In this document: positions 11,425 to 24,324 of the stretch, piece by piece | Layout of the letters: every line of letters starts with the position of its first letter | How positions within the stretch are numbered: position 1 is the stretch's first letter | Assembly: GCA_973851085.1 (NCBI GenBank) | Contig: OZ316776.1 | Coordinates: 15,748,001 to 15,812,000, forward strand | Length of the DNA stretch: 64,000 nucleotides | DNA from: Ptychomitrium polyphyllum | Lineage: Eukaryota | Reading direction: 5' to 3' | Program-made: the position numbers and the translations under genes | Notes under the pieces: model-generated | Database searches by the model: none | What the model saw: only the letters and a program-made list of their open reading frames with translations | What the model was told of the DNA's origin: nothing

Positions 11425-13469
11425 CTTGCTCAAATGCAGGTCAACTCTACAGTAGGTACCACAATCCTATACAAGGCTTCGGGGAGCAGCAATCGAGACA
11501 CCTTCCTCCGAAGACTCCTGGCCATGACTCTGCACGTCAAGATCCGCGACTTGATGCAAAAACATAGGCTAGAGCGGTGCAAGTTGCCTTATCTTATCTA
11601 CAATCGGTGCACACAGTAACCTGCTGTAACTGCACACTGACGCAGATCTGACACAGTCGGTCAACCTTTCGCGAATCCGATCAGGTTATAGATTTGAGGA
11701 GAACTGGACACCTCTACGTCCGTAAGAATCTAGTGATAGAATACTGACACAACGTATGGGCTGCCATCTTGTTTTGGAGGATTTTCAGGATCAGAGCAAC
11801 TGCTTGATGTGCAGTTTGCTGGGTCCATGCAACTTTGCACAAGTCTACAAACTTTGCACCTCCAAATCTGCACATATTTATAATTGTCACCTGGACCTCT
11901 GGACCTTAACGGGGGAAGATTACAGAGTTTAATTTTTATTTTGACTTTTGACCAAAAGGGTGGTTCAAGCAAATGACTCAGAATGCTATGCAGTGCAAGC
12001 TAGTTGCTAGTAAACAATCAATAATAGTTGGGATTAGTCACCTTGAAGTTGTAAAATCCTTCACTATGAGTTTAAAGAATCGTTAATGGTAACTAATTAT
12101 AGTTATTATTGATGATCCATTATTTTGTAGTTTTAAGTTGTATCTACAAAAGAAAAAGAGTTCTAGAACATTTCAAAATATATTATTTGGATACTATATA
12201 AGTAAATTATGAATGTTCAAAATTAAGAAGCCTGGAGCTTCATTATCTTATTCAAAGGTGATTATTAGGCTTAGTAAAGAATATTATAACATTTTCTTAT
12301 GAAGATTAATAGTTTGTTTAGGCAATGATGAGTATGGATGTAGAAAAAGTGTAAACAAGCTTGTATAAGTTTTAAACCATAAGCATGGGCTTCTAATACA
12401 TCAACTATTGTTTTCCTCAATTTTCTCATAATTGTATTGGTAATAAATTTCCTTATTAATAGACATGCTCATCTTTATGCAAATGAGCCACATTGAAATT
12501 ACATTGGGTGTTTACATTAGAGATGCAAAGGAAATAATAAGCTAATAACTAATTTCAAATGTTATAAAAGCCACCATTCAAGTTGTAAAGAATCATTTAT
12601 AAAAAAAAAAAGTTTTTAAAAAATCTTCTCAATTTTTCTGTAATAGATATATATATTTTTAATCTACTATTTCCACAATGTAAATAGCATAATAATTACA
12701 TTACACAAAAATTTAGCATTTAATTCATTTTTTAACATTCAATGATGAAATACCAAGAAAAAATATATTACTAAGAGATATTATATACAAATTTTAAGTT
12801 GAAATTATGTGGCCATTCTTTCTAATTAACTCCAAAGAATCTAATTTTAGCCTTATATTATATGATAGATGATTTAGAATGTGATTCAAATCCTAAATTC
12901 TAAAAAATACATTCATTTGATTAATAAACATATTTTGCAAGATATTTAGATTTTAAAGGAAAATAATGAAGTTATTTAAATCTTAAAAATAACAAACTCA
13001 TTTTAATATTTAGTAGAATCTTATCTAACATTTGTTCTTTGTAGGTAGTAAATATACATTATATTCATTCTAAGTCAATGCAATGAGTTCATCCACATAC
13101 AAAAGAGCTTGAATGACGATTACACTTGCTTTGTATGGTCTTTCTTCTAAATATGAACAAAGACATAGGAAATTAAACATTTAATTGTAAATGGGAGATA
13201 ATACTTAAATATAGTTAGAATAAATTACAAATTTGAAGAGAATATTGTTGTCAATTTTTGATTATTCATCATAAAGATTTCAGCTTTTTTTAGTTTCATT
13301 AAACATTCAAAATACTCCACTATCATCTTAAAAAGTAAAAAACCAACAATGAATGACAATGAGAGCAGATATCAATAAATGCATGAAGGTACAAATTTAA
13401 TTTGGTGACATAACTCAATAACTCCCTCAATCTCTTGTAAAACAAGGTTTTGACTGCATAATTGTTTAC

Positions 13470-13515
13470 AAGAATATTATGTTTATAAGAATATTATGTT
13501 TATAAGAATATTATG
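13470..13515. repeat. 17-bp tandem repeat (AAGAATATTATGTTTAT, about 2.7 copies)
   Basis: Directly visible. Confidence 0.8.
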
Positions 13516-13744
13516 CAAATAAAAAGAACTTTAAAAATACAAAAAAACAACATAAACAAAGATTTGTTTATTCTACCTTTGCTACTATGTTTTACAAAAA
13601 GTAGATTCTTTAAGATATAGGACAATGATGGTATACTCCTCCATTTTTTGACTTGACATTTGAAATTTCAACTTTAATATGTATATATTTTAACAAAGTA
13701 TGAGATAAAATACCATAATTAACAATAAATCATGTAGAGCCCAT

Positions 13745-13945
13745 GAACTCTATTACAAAAACCATAAAACTTGTAAAAACTAAAAAAACCATAGAAATCA
13801 CAAAAACCACATAAATCCATAAAAAAACCACAAAAACCATAAAAACCATAAAAATCACAAAAACCATGGAAATTACATAAACCACATAAACCCACAGAAA
13901 TCCCACAAAGATCACAAAAAGCTCAGAAACCACACAAAACCACAA
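13745..13945. repeat. Degenerate 9-bp minisatellite (AAAACCAYA-like)
   Basis: Recurring AAAACCACA/AAAACCATA/AAAATCACA units. This explains the spurious V/F/M-rich ORF 13730-14011. Confidence 0.75.
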
Positions 13946-14808
13946 GCACGCGTAAAGGGCACGACGGCCCAGTAGGCACCGCGTCGACACGTGTGCGTTG
14001 ACCTGCAGCACGAGGGCAGAGAATCTTAGGATCCTGACACGGAATCTTAGAATCTATGTAGGGAATCTGGGCAGGGAGTCGGAGGAGATGGAAGGGCGGA
14101 CCACGCTTCCGACACAACGCACTTGTTGCGTTTGTTTCTGGTTTGGGATCACAGCGCGCTCTGCTGGCTTCTGCTACGCTCTAGGGTTTGCGTTTGCCCC
14201 GCACTGGTCATCTCTTCAGGTTTGTAAGCTCTCACCAACAGCTACATACTCCGCATGAGCTTTGTAGGCACTCTCGCAGCGTGGCTCACAAGGGTGGATG
14301 CTTCTAGCTCTTGGGAAGGAGGGAGGGAAGGAGAGAGGGAGGGTGACATCTGACGTGTTGGAAGCGTGCACTGGTGAGTGTGAGAGTCTGGAGAGCGATG
14401 CACACTGGTAGGTGAGTGACGCATTCAGTGTTGGAAGCTGTGGTCTGAAAGGTGTGCGATTCCATCTTACGTGTGGATGAGCTCCACGCATTTCACCTGT
14501 AGTCTTGTCCACATTCTGTTAGTGCTAGCTTGTAACCGTCTGCTGCAAAGTTGTGTAACAAGGCAGAGTCTATACAGGTGTGAGAGTCGTTGCTCTTGTG
14601 GCTTGGGGTTTTAGGCCACTGTCGGGTTTTTGGTTTTTTGGTTTTTCGGTTTTGGCGAGAAGGGTTTTCTAGTCTTTTTTGTGGTGATTGTTTCTTGGTT
14701 TCGGTCAAGGAAATGCGGAGGCTTGAAGAGCTTGGGGAGGGTACTGAGATGGATGTGTTGGTTTTTTGTGGTTTAGAGTGATCTCTTGAGTACAGCAGAG
14801 ACGGAGCC

Positions 14809-17800
14809 ATGTCAAATGAAGTCGAGGATACTGGGCCACTGACGAAGCCCGTAAGTGTTTTGGTCCTCGTTTACTGGTTTTAGTTCTATACATGCATTTT
14901 TTAAGACAAAACGTACAATTTTCTGGCGCAAGGTCTGACCTAATCTTTCAGGCATTTCCGTGTCGTGCTCTTTATCCCGTGCTCAATTTTCATAGATTGT
15001 TTTAAAGTTTGTTGTTAGTTCCTTACGGTTTTCAGCATTGTATTTGAAATAGGGTGTATCTAAAATTTCCTTCAATCTAGTATGTTGAGAGTTGCTTCTT
15101 GTGTGATTATAGTATGTTGCTGGATGCTTGTATTAATTTCCTTGAATCCTAGGTATAATTTTTGGGCAAGTTCTTTGTTATCAGTTTTTTTGGAGTCCTT
15201 CATATTTCTTTCATGTTTCATGCTGAGGGCCTCCATCTATGGTTTGTGTTTGACCTACTGTTTATCGCATCCTCTATTCAGGTTTTTAAAGTTGCAGATC
15301 ATCAAGTAGCTGGCCATCGATTTGAGGGTAAGGCTTCCTGGAACGTCTGTAAAGCCCGCCTGCTGGTGTTAGTTGTTTGTGCAATTTGAACTTAATAGTA
15401 AAGAGCGTTCAATCTCCTTGGAGCTTTTGTACACCTAGTTGGGCATGTGAAATTACAGGGCATTCAGATGTCTTCAGTTGATGAAAATCAATGATTGTGG
15501 AGATTAGAGTATTAAGTAGCGATAATGCCAATCGTGAAGGGCTTTCAGAATAACATGTTAGCATTCTAGTCACGAAGATAACCAATTGCTGGTACTAGAT
15601 GAAACGCCTTATTTAGATTCTGACAATGGAGATTGGGTTCGGTTGCTATGCAGATGGACGACTGGGTTCTCTAATTGACGATTCTGGTCGGTTTTACAAA
15701 CCCTTGCAAGATGGTTCTAGAGGTGATAAGGAAGTTACTTTTTACAACAGGATTTGGTCGGACCGGAATGTACCTCCAGCCGTTCAGAAGTTCTTTCCCA
15801 AGTTCTACGGCACTGTTGAGATTGAAACTCCTAATGGCGGTGGTGCAGTCAATATCCTTAATAGAGATAATTGCTATACAAGTTTCAAGAGAATTATTGT
15901 TATAAACACTGTATTTGGGAAAATGCAGTTGGGATTCTGTGTTGGTTCGAATATTTCATTTTTTTGCGGTTTTCACTGTTTCAACTTTATGATTCCCTGG
16001 AAGGCTTAACTTATGAACTTACGGCATGCGATCATGGAGGACCTGACGCATGGATTTCAGCGGCCGAATATTGTTGATGTTAAAGTAAGTTATACTACTA
16101 ATTTTGATGCGTAAGTTCATGTTTTAAAATTTGAAGTAGTCTGTTGTTTGCATGCACTGCAGACTCCATAGGTGTTGCAATTGTGAGACAATTATCGTTT
16201 CGATGACTCCAGGTTTATTAATTTTGACGTTGCGAATGGATTCTAGAACTGCTCCTGGTTTGGATAGGCCTCATCAGTGTAGAAGATTTGAGGCATTGAT
16301 TGATTTTAACGCACAGATGGGAGCACGCACATGGTATCTTGAGGCAGGTCCCAAATATGTCGAGAAGTGCAAGTAAAGTTCCTCGCCTTCCTTTTCAGTC
16401 TATATGGGCATTTCTCTTAATTGTATCGTGGGCATGCTAATAGTCAAGAGCAGTGTGGACCTGTTTCTTGTTACTTGTCCATTTGCAACAAGTCAAGTTT
16501 CAGTAACTTGGCATTAGATATTCCTAGCCGTGTAAGCTGGTGGAACCTCTTCGTATTATTTTGCAAGATGTGCAGACTGTTTGAGTGGTCAAATTCTGGC
16601 TTTAGTGTAATTCATGTTTCCCTTTCCCTTTCCTCGCCAACATTTTACAATGGTTTATGGGACCATTAGGCTGAAGGATAAGGAAACAACCTCAGAAGCT
16701 CTGGGCTTCCGCCTCTCCGGAATGCAGGTATAGTATATCAACTTTGCTGAACTCTTATTGACCTTACATCTTTATGTTAGGAACAAAGACCTTTGCTCCA
16801 CATCAGGAGATGCTGTACGATGCTGTATTGTTACTGACGTAGTACTATTGGAAGAGGATCATATTATACCAGGATTTCGTAAAGAGCCTCACAGCATTGA
16901 ATCTTAGATTTCATCAGTGTAGAGTCGAGTTCTAAAATCAGGTGTGTGTGAATACGCAACTTCCACCTTGGACATGGGGAAAGTGAAGAAAGAAGAGTAG
17001 TATAACCGATTTTCAATTCAATGGATGTGAATATTAATGTCAACATTTTCTACTGCTCGGGCACTTCCAGTTTTTCATGATCGCAATATTAAATTTAGCA
17101 GTGTGGAAAAATAAATGCAATCTTTGGAATACTTGAGCAACAGCATCAAGACGATTAATGCGTAAGATTGATTCTGGGTGGGAACATATTTTGTGAAGGT
17201 TTACGAAGCTAAGATTGGAGAAGTATGGAAAGCATCACGAGCCTGGTGTAAATACATGAAGCCGGAAGATGTTCCAGAGGCACTTAAACGTTTCGTTTCC
17301 TCCAATCCTTCTGCTGAGAAGGGGTATGATGGTGCATTTGCCAAAGCTGTCTATGGCGCTGCTCTGACAGAGCTTCAACAGCTCAAGGCCTGGTACTTTC
17401 CTGTTCAAAATTCCTGTTTTTCAACATTTGCTAAATATCCAAACAACGCATTGTTACATTATAAAACTGGTGGCAACACTTGACCTCTGGCAAACAGATT
17501 GGCATCAACCCTCACAGGCTTCAAAGGTTTCATTTTGGAGTGTAGTTCGTCAAGAGGGCTTAGTTAGATTCAAATCACATCCGTGATGGTATCTAATCAT
17601 CAATTGTGTTCAAAGGATGCTGTTTAGCAAGTAGGGCTGAACAAATTTCTTGACGTTGCCGTTTCACAAGTTGCTAAGAAGTGTTTTTGATGTTCCAGGC
17701 TTGAGGTACAAACTACTTATCACTTTTTTTCGGCTTCTGTATTGTTGATCTACGAGGGTGAACCTACAATTGCACAAGCTGTATCAGTCAGACTTGTCGA

Positions 17801-17918
17801 TTTTGCTCATGTCCTCTACGACAGGGACGCAATAGATGAGAATCAATTGAGCGGTTTGAATGCATTAATGAAAATGCTTACGGAGATCATTGATTGCGAT
17901 ACAAAGGTTGGCACCTAA
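14809..17918 (+). CDS. IPK2: Inositol polyphosphate multikinase (IPK2/IPMK family)
   Basis: Exons 14809-14850, 15282-15327, 15654-15851, 16023-16084, 16317-16372, 16670-16727, 17199-17392, 17699-17918. Motifs HQVAGH, FYKPLQ, PNIVDVKMG (PxxxDxKxG), LGFRLSGM, SASVLLIY, VDFAH. All intron phases are consistent. Confidence 0.93.
15852..16022 (+). other. U12-type (minor spliceosome) AT-AC intron in IPK2
   Basis: 5' site ATATCCTT at 15852, branch-like GCTTAAC at 16004-16010, terminal AC at 16021-16022. Removing it restores the frame (GAV-R-HAIMEDL). Confidence 0.88.
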
Positions 17919-18670
17919 ATTTCCGTACAGTTTGTAACGGAGTTGAATAATGTCAAGGTTGTAGTTGCAGCTTACGTCTGCAGAGGTAGGTTGAAGGCGA
18001 AACATGCTTCCGTGAAAATATTTATCACTTGTCAGGAAGATCTCCAGGATTCTTTCTTCTATATAAGGACGTTTCTGTTTGTATTTACATTTATATTTTC
18101 AGGAGTTGCTCCATTTACTCCGGGGCAGCTTCATTATTATTGCTTTGGAGAGAATCTTCAGTCTTTGGTTTCTATTTACTGAGGCCCTTCAGGCGAACAT
18201 GACTGTTTTGGCTGGACTGCCAGCTCAAGGCTACTTGATCACGTTGGTTCACGTAATCTTTGCACAATGGTGGGTAAGGCTCGTGCCTTTAGTCCTGTAA
18301 CTGGCCAGCATTATGGTTTTGGTTGTTCTGCTGTCACGACCAAGACGTAATATTTTTTTCTAACGATAAATGTGCACTAAATAACATAGTGAAGCAGCCT
18401 ACTTTCGGAACTAAGAACTTGATTTCACAACTAAATACATTCTAAGGTGTATGATAAGATCTATTGTTGCTGATTGCATTCTTTGGTCATCTCCAAGTTT
18501 CCAAGGCCTGAGCTTAGCACCCTGAGAAAATGAAGAATGACCTCCGTACAATGACTTGCCATACGCATAGTGAGTGGCTTGGGATCATTGAGGCTCCGGG
18601 TTTTCCTGCATTTGCTTCTTTTCACACTAGAGATTCACACTAGGCTAATCCAGACGACAGTCAATACCAT

Positions 18671-19175
18671 ATTATATGGAAGAGGTAAAATAAGACTCCG
18701 AATAATGTCGGACATCCTTCATACCTGATGGAGGTGAATAAGACTCGGATGAAGCATATCCGACATTATCTCATTATGGATCTAGTAAAAAATTTAACAT
18801 TTTCTATGATTCTTTTTCTTTTAGGTACTGGGGGATTTTTTTGAATAGAAAAAATATCCTTATTATGTTAATGTCAATTGAGTTAATGTTACTTGCAGTC
18901 GATTTAAACAGCATACTATATGGGCCAGGCTGATCACAAGCACCGCCTTTTTTGAGGAGACGCTAAGCCAACACTAGAATTTGTGTGCCTTGCCAATGCT
19001 CACTTGGTGACAATGGGAGGTTATGTACGTTGAGAGAGTACGTCCTCGCAACAGTGTTGAATATTGTCTTCAGGTCAGTAAAAGAAGTAGCTTGAAGTAT
19101 TTAACTTCGTGAAACTCCGAATAATGTCGGATATCCTTCGTCCGAGTCTTATTCCAGACCTGGTTCCATGTACTA
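18671..19175. mobile_element. Inverted-repeat-bounded non-autonomous element (three copies of a ~40-55 bp motif) enclosing a mitochondrial fragment
   Basis: GAATAAGACTCGGATGAAGCATATCCGACATTAT (18737-18769) is the reverse complement of ATAATGTCGGATATCCTTCGTCCGAGTCTTATTC (19121-19154), apart from two substitutions. A third, deleted copy lies at ~18675-18726. No TSD resolved. Confidence 0.55.
18776..18909 (+). pseudogene. nad4L: Nuclear copy of the mitochondrial nad4L 5' half (NUMT), frameshifted
   Basis: Translates as [44 protein letters not shown] with a 1-nt deletion near 18828. It closely matches the plant mitochondrial Nad4L N-terminus and is truncated after about 45 codons. Confidence 0.88.
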
Positions 19176-20363
19176 TAGTTTGTGCATTTCGCTCCAACAC
19201 AGTCCAGATTATTTGTAGGCTGAAGAGGTACGATAGCACAAAACGTTGCCTCATTCACAAGCACCCGGTCGAGGAGATTTTCAAATCAGGAGTACTGAAC
19301 TTCAACATCCGCAATTCAGACAGTAATGATGGTCTTCATTCTCGTTGAAGCAGTCTTTTCTTCGGATTAGAAACATGATCACGAAAGTCTCATTTTTCAT
19401 TCACGCAATGATCGTTTTCTTTCTTAAGATATGAAATTCTAAAGTTTGTAAGAAGTGAAGACGTCTTGAAGACAGCACATTGAGATCGAGATTGAACATT
19501 GAGATCTGAAATTCAAGTCGTGAAGGCCGCTTTGCATGGAGTATGGTTGAAATTTCATGTCGAAGACCTGCTCCACAGTAATCAAGAATCTTATAACACA
19601 AACAACATAATAATTTTCGTTTGTTAGTAATAGAAAGAATCAGTAAACTTGAAAGATTTTCAAATGCAAAACCTTTCATTAAACGCATCGAAATTGCAAA
19701 GCGAAGTTCAATCGCAGTATTGACTTCGAGATTCTAGTCAATATTGAGATAGCACTCCAAGCCATCAAAGCCTAATAGATTTTCGAAGTTATAATGGCAA
19801 CGCCGACTAGAATGGACGCATTGTGCTCTAAAATCACCTCAAGTAATTACAATTAAAGCCACGAGAGCAGCCAGCAAATATGACAAAGGATAAGGATGAT
19901 CACAATTCAGACGATAAATTAGGTTGATGAGAATCAAGCAGTACTTACATTTAATAGGATCAATACCAACGTAAGACATCGATATGACATCGAAACTGCC
20001 ATGAAGACAACAGGGAAGGCTTTGTACTATTTAGTTGTAACGATTATACATGCACTGTAATGTCCGGAATCTTTTAAAATCAAAGAAACAGACAGTGATG
20101 GTGTCGTTTATGGCACAGAAAGAGCCGGGTATCCTGATCCGTGCTGCACCAGAAAAATAGAAATAGAGTTTATAACTCGTGACAATCACAGAAGCAGTAA
20201 TCAAAGTACGAAGTTGTGAAAGAAGTTATTCTAATGTGAGCTTCAAGTCTGGACACCCATTAGCATAAAATCTGCATTTGATGAAGCAGTGGGTGAAGTT
20301 CCTTCTTACCTTACCTTAGTGAGATTAGAGCAGCGGAACAAACAGAAATGATAGAAATGATGT

Positions 20364-23090
20364 TCAGTAGTAGTGTTTGATAATGTACAGTACCATCATG
20401 TTTGTCCGGATAATGTCCAAACACAATTGTGGCTGCCGCACAATGTAGATCTCGTCACCGACAGGGTCACCATAAGTATCCTGGTTTCGATGCCATGTCC
20501 AGAGTGCATAAGTGGAGTTTATTACCTGCACCACACATCCAATTTCGATATCAATAACGGGACATAAGAGAAGGTTTGTCTTTTACTAATTTGTACATGG
20601 AAATAAAAAGAAGCCTGCAGCTAACCTCCAAAATGCCGTGACCAAAGCTACTGTCGCGAAATGCACTCCAATCAGGTTGCTGGTTCCAGCAATATTTGCC
20701 AGCTGCCGGTCCAGATGTAAAATTGAAAGGGCATATTCCTCCGTAGTCAGGTACATTTTCTGTGGGTCTTGGGCATTGACCCTTGTCGTCAGCGTGTGCA
20801 AGGTCGATTTGCTCGATGTTACCACCATCGCCAATTGTCACATACACGGGTCCACAAGGATCCAGATTGTAATTGTAAACTCGATTCATTCGTTCGTACG
20901 CATGAACCTACCAAGCACGTAACATTAGGAAGAGGTGAGTATATCTTGACACTCTCCGAAGAAAACCCTCTCGGAACCCAAAATGCAGAGATACACTCTG
21001 AGAGGGAACATCAGTAGCACCGAATCGAGAAAATATTGTAGATGCGTGGATCATGAAGCTTACGTGTCCTGAGAAAACGACGTCCACCCCGTACGTGTAC
21101 AGAAGTTCCTCCATCTCTATTCTCATGCATTCCACCTCCCTGTAGTGTGAGCGATAGGAGTTGTACCAGGGAGGATGGAAAACAGCAACCAACCATGGCG
21201 TTACGAGACGATTGACTTTTGCCAGATCTTTTAGTAGCCAATTGTATTGAGGCCCTGTCTTGATCCAAGTTTAACCTTATTAACTGCCTGCATAATGTTT
21301 CCTAAAAGACACATGATTGACGACAATGAAATACCGGTAGGTAAATTGGTATTAAGCACTGGCCATGTCTATCTTCCGAGCTAAGAAACATCACCAGTCT
21401 AGGATTGTTGCACCTGTTCTTCTGTAATCCACATATCCTCCAAGCATGATAAAATGGATGCCGCCTGCCACAAATGAGTAGTAAAAGCTGCTGTATGATT
21501 TACACTCTATCGAAGGAACAGAAAACCTTGACTCATATGAGCTAAATCTCAGCCCCCCTGCCTGAGCTTCCACCTCGTGGTTTCCTTCGATGACCATCAT
21601 CGGTATTTTTGATATCAAAGGCTCCATTAACCTGCAACAGAAGAGCCAGACGACACAGAAAAGATTAAACAATTAATCCAAAGATTTAAGCTACAAGCAG
21701 GTGCGAATCATGTTCGTTCGTACATAGGATAACATTATGCCGTAAGATCAGCTCATGCAGCTTGCTCTCACCTACACCAGCGGTCCCAGGTGGGTTGATG
21801 CGTCTCTCGTATAGGTGAGGTCGGAAATGTACAACGGTAGCAAGCGGCACTTTCACCGGTTGTCAAATACTGATTTGCATAGCTCAAGTCCCCGGCCAGA
21901 ATAAGCAGTGCGGGATCATTCTGAATGATGTGATCAAGCGTGGCGCTTGAGTTGTACGTAAGCCCCAAATCTCCCACAATGGCAATTCGGGAAGGGTACG
22001 CTTCAGGGCCTGGGAAGGGGAGTGTTGTGAAAGTGCTTTCCTTACTAAATTTGTTTGATTCGGGGTCGCCACACCTGTAATAATACACGGTATTCGGAAG
22101 CAAACCTGACACCAATTACTTCTGATCAATCAAAGAGGCCATGAATAATCTGTAACGTCACATTATGCTGTAACTGCACTTAAGTAAAGAACTTACAGTG
22201 AAAGAGCTGTGTTAACAAAGTTCCAGGTACATCAACTTATGCTATCCGTGACGAGAAATAATTAGGGCTACAATTTCTGGCACTAACCTGTAAGTCGCAC
22301 ATGGTGAATAATGCCTGATGTGTAATTGAGAAGGCCAGGATAGTTGTAGATCTGCGAATACACAAGCGATTTTCCCAACGAAGACTTGTAAGTATACTCG
22401 CCAGATTTCGTGCCGTAAAGGACAATCCTGCCGACGGCTTTGGGGTTGAGCGGGGTGACCTTAGCGGCAAGCTGAGCATCTCCTGCAATTTATTCACACA
22501 GAATTTTAGTTTACATCATTCCGACAGCCTGTATCGTAATGGCTCAGCCGTCAATTCCCACATACAAGCTTCCGAGATGCTCAGCATTTCGCAATCCCTG
22601 TTTCATAACGATCCTTTCTGTCCTAATGTTAGTACAGCCAAATACCGCTGCAGCACCAAACCATAAGGTAGAAGAGATCATAGTCAGCAGAAGCAAACCA
22701 TCATATATGAAATTAAGCTAAAACATTCTCGTTTGCTTATCACATAGACAATGCATTTGCAACATAAGAGAATTGACCTTAATTTGCGTGAAAACAAGGT
22801 TTACCAGTAGTCCAGGTGACCCACATTGCATCTGGTGTGGAGAGCGCCAACGCAATCTGCTCTGGCTCATAACCTCTCACAGCCTTGGCAATGCGGGGAT
22901 TTGTAGGCTCCAGGTCGTGGCTACCTGTTCTCAAAGAAACATCGAAGCGTATGGTTTTAGGAGCAAACGGACCTTCGACTGTGGAAGGCACTCCAGCCAC
23001 CAGCTCAAAAATGGCAACTAATGACCAACAACAACAGACAATTCCAGAGGCTGCTACGCATCCTCTGCCATCCCCCATAAAGCTCTTCAT
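20364..23090 (-). CDS. Purple acid phosphatase (PAP15/PAP23-like, phytase-type subfamily)
   Basis: Exons approx. 23090-22805, 22482-22288, 22105-21772, 21631-21414, 21254-21064, 20907-20626, 20525-20364. All five metal-ligand motifs are present (GDLG, GDLSY, GNHE, VFHPPWY, GHVH), plus PSTVEGPF, PEQIAL and GDGGNIE. The start ATG (23126/23090/23078) and final exon are uncertain. Confidence 0.92.
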
Positions 23091-24324
23091 GGCTGTACTC
23101 ACATAATTGGCACTCAAAACTTGCATCAATCAACTTCTGTAAATCTTGGATCATTTAGCCATACAAAAGTCTGAGTCAACACTAAGAGTTCCCTCTGACT
23201 TGGCTTACACAACAGGAGCCGAAACGGCGCAACTCAAGAGAAGAATTCTTAGCAGTTGCTTAGGTATGATGTGTTGAACCATTGCAATTGACGACAGAGA
23301 CTCACATATTACAATCTCGTATACTGCAGTAGTGAGAAAACACATTTCGGATTTCATATGTAGTATGTTATATACGCAAGAGTGCGAAGACACATACTTC
23401 CTGACAAGCATATTGCAACTGTTTCTTCTCATCACACCAAAAAACTGTCTGTTCACCTGAACACTGTAATAGTAAAGAAGTATTGCCATGTGCCTAACAT
23501 GCATAAGTACTTAATATGCATAAGTGCATAACGTGCATAAGTGCCTTGAGGTCAAGCAGACTGACACAACAACCATATGCCTCTTCTTCATTTGATTGCG
23601 TTGAATACGCTCGCGTTTGTTCGTTTCACTACACCAGCCCAAGGCAATTCGCTTCATCCACTTTCGAGATAATACCTATGTGATGCTCACGTGATGCTGA
23701 TGCGGCACTCAGGTGAAAAACGTACCCGTACGTGGAGAGATGGATGGGAACACCTATATAATACTCAGGTGATACTGGTGATATACCTAGGTGGAATTCA
23801 GACGAGTATGTGGAGTGGTGGAGTGGTGGAGTTGGAGACTGTTGAGAGTGTTGCCCATCGGAGTTGATCGTGCTTCACATGATACCGGTACAATACTAGG
23901 GTCATACTCGTGCGGTTCCTCTCTATACCACTGTAATACCTGGTCAGTACTCAGGCGCGTGGTGTTTCTGAGCTATTGGCGCATTCTTCCGTGCTTGTGT
24001 TGATGCGCAACGGACTCTCTCGTCTCGCCCTTGCTCGGATTGGTTGAGCGAGGGCTTGTTTTCAAGAGAATCGACAAGGAATTTGGTTGTCGGTGTAGCA
24101 ATGCGGGCCCGGTTAGGGTTAGTTAATCCAGAGTGTGAGAGAGCTGGTTTTGTCAGCAGGTTTAGAGCAGCCAGAGCACCACGCAATGAGAGGCGGCCAT
24201 GCTGAAACGTTACCTTCGTTGCGCGCCTTCTTAGACGAATGTTAGAGTTTAGGTTGCCTTCTTGCCACACTTGTTCACTGTTTCTTTGTTGATAGCTGAT
24301 TTTCTCGCCGGTAGTTGTCTGTTA

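Noticed and set aside
11950..13700. AT-rich tracts (also 43600-45450 and 49500-52100) as identifiable transposons
   Set aside because: Probably decayed repeats, but no termini or protein motifs could be resolved.
13730..14011. Hydrophobic 93-aa ORF resembling a membrane protein
   Set aside because: It is the translation of a 9-bp minisatellite.
23130..24320. Phosphate-starvation P1BS sites in the PAP/PME divergent promoter
   Set aside because: No exact GNATATNC found by eye; only short GCATAAGT repeats and one G-box, which are uninformative.
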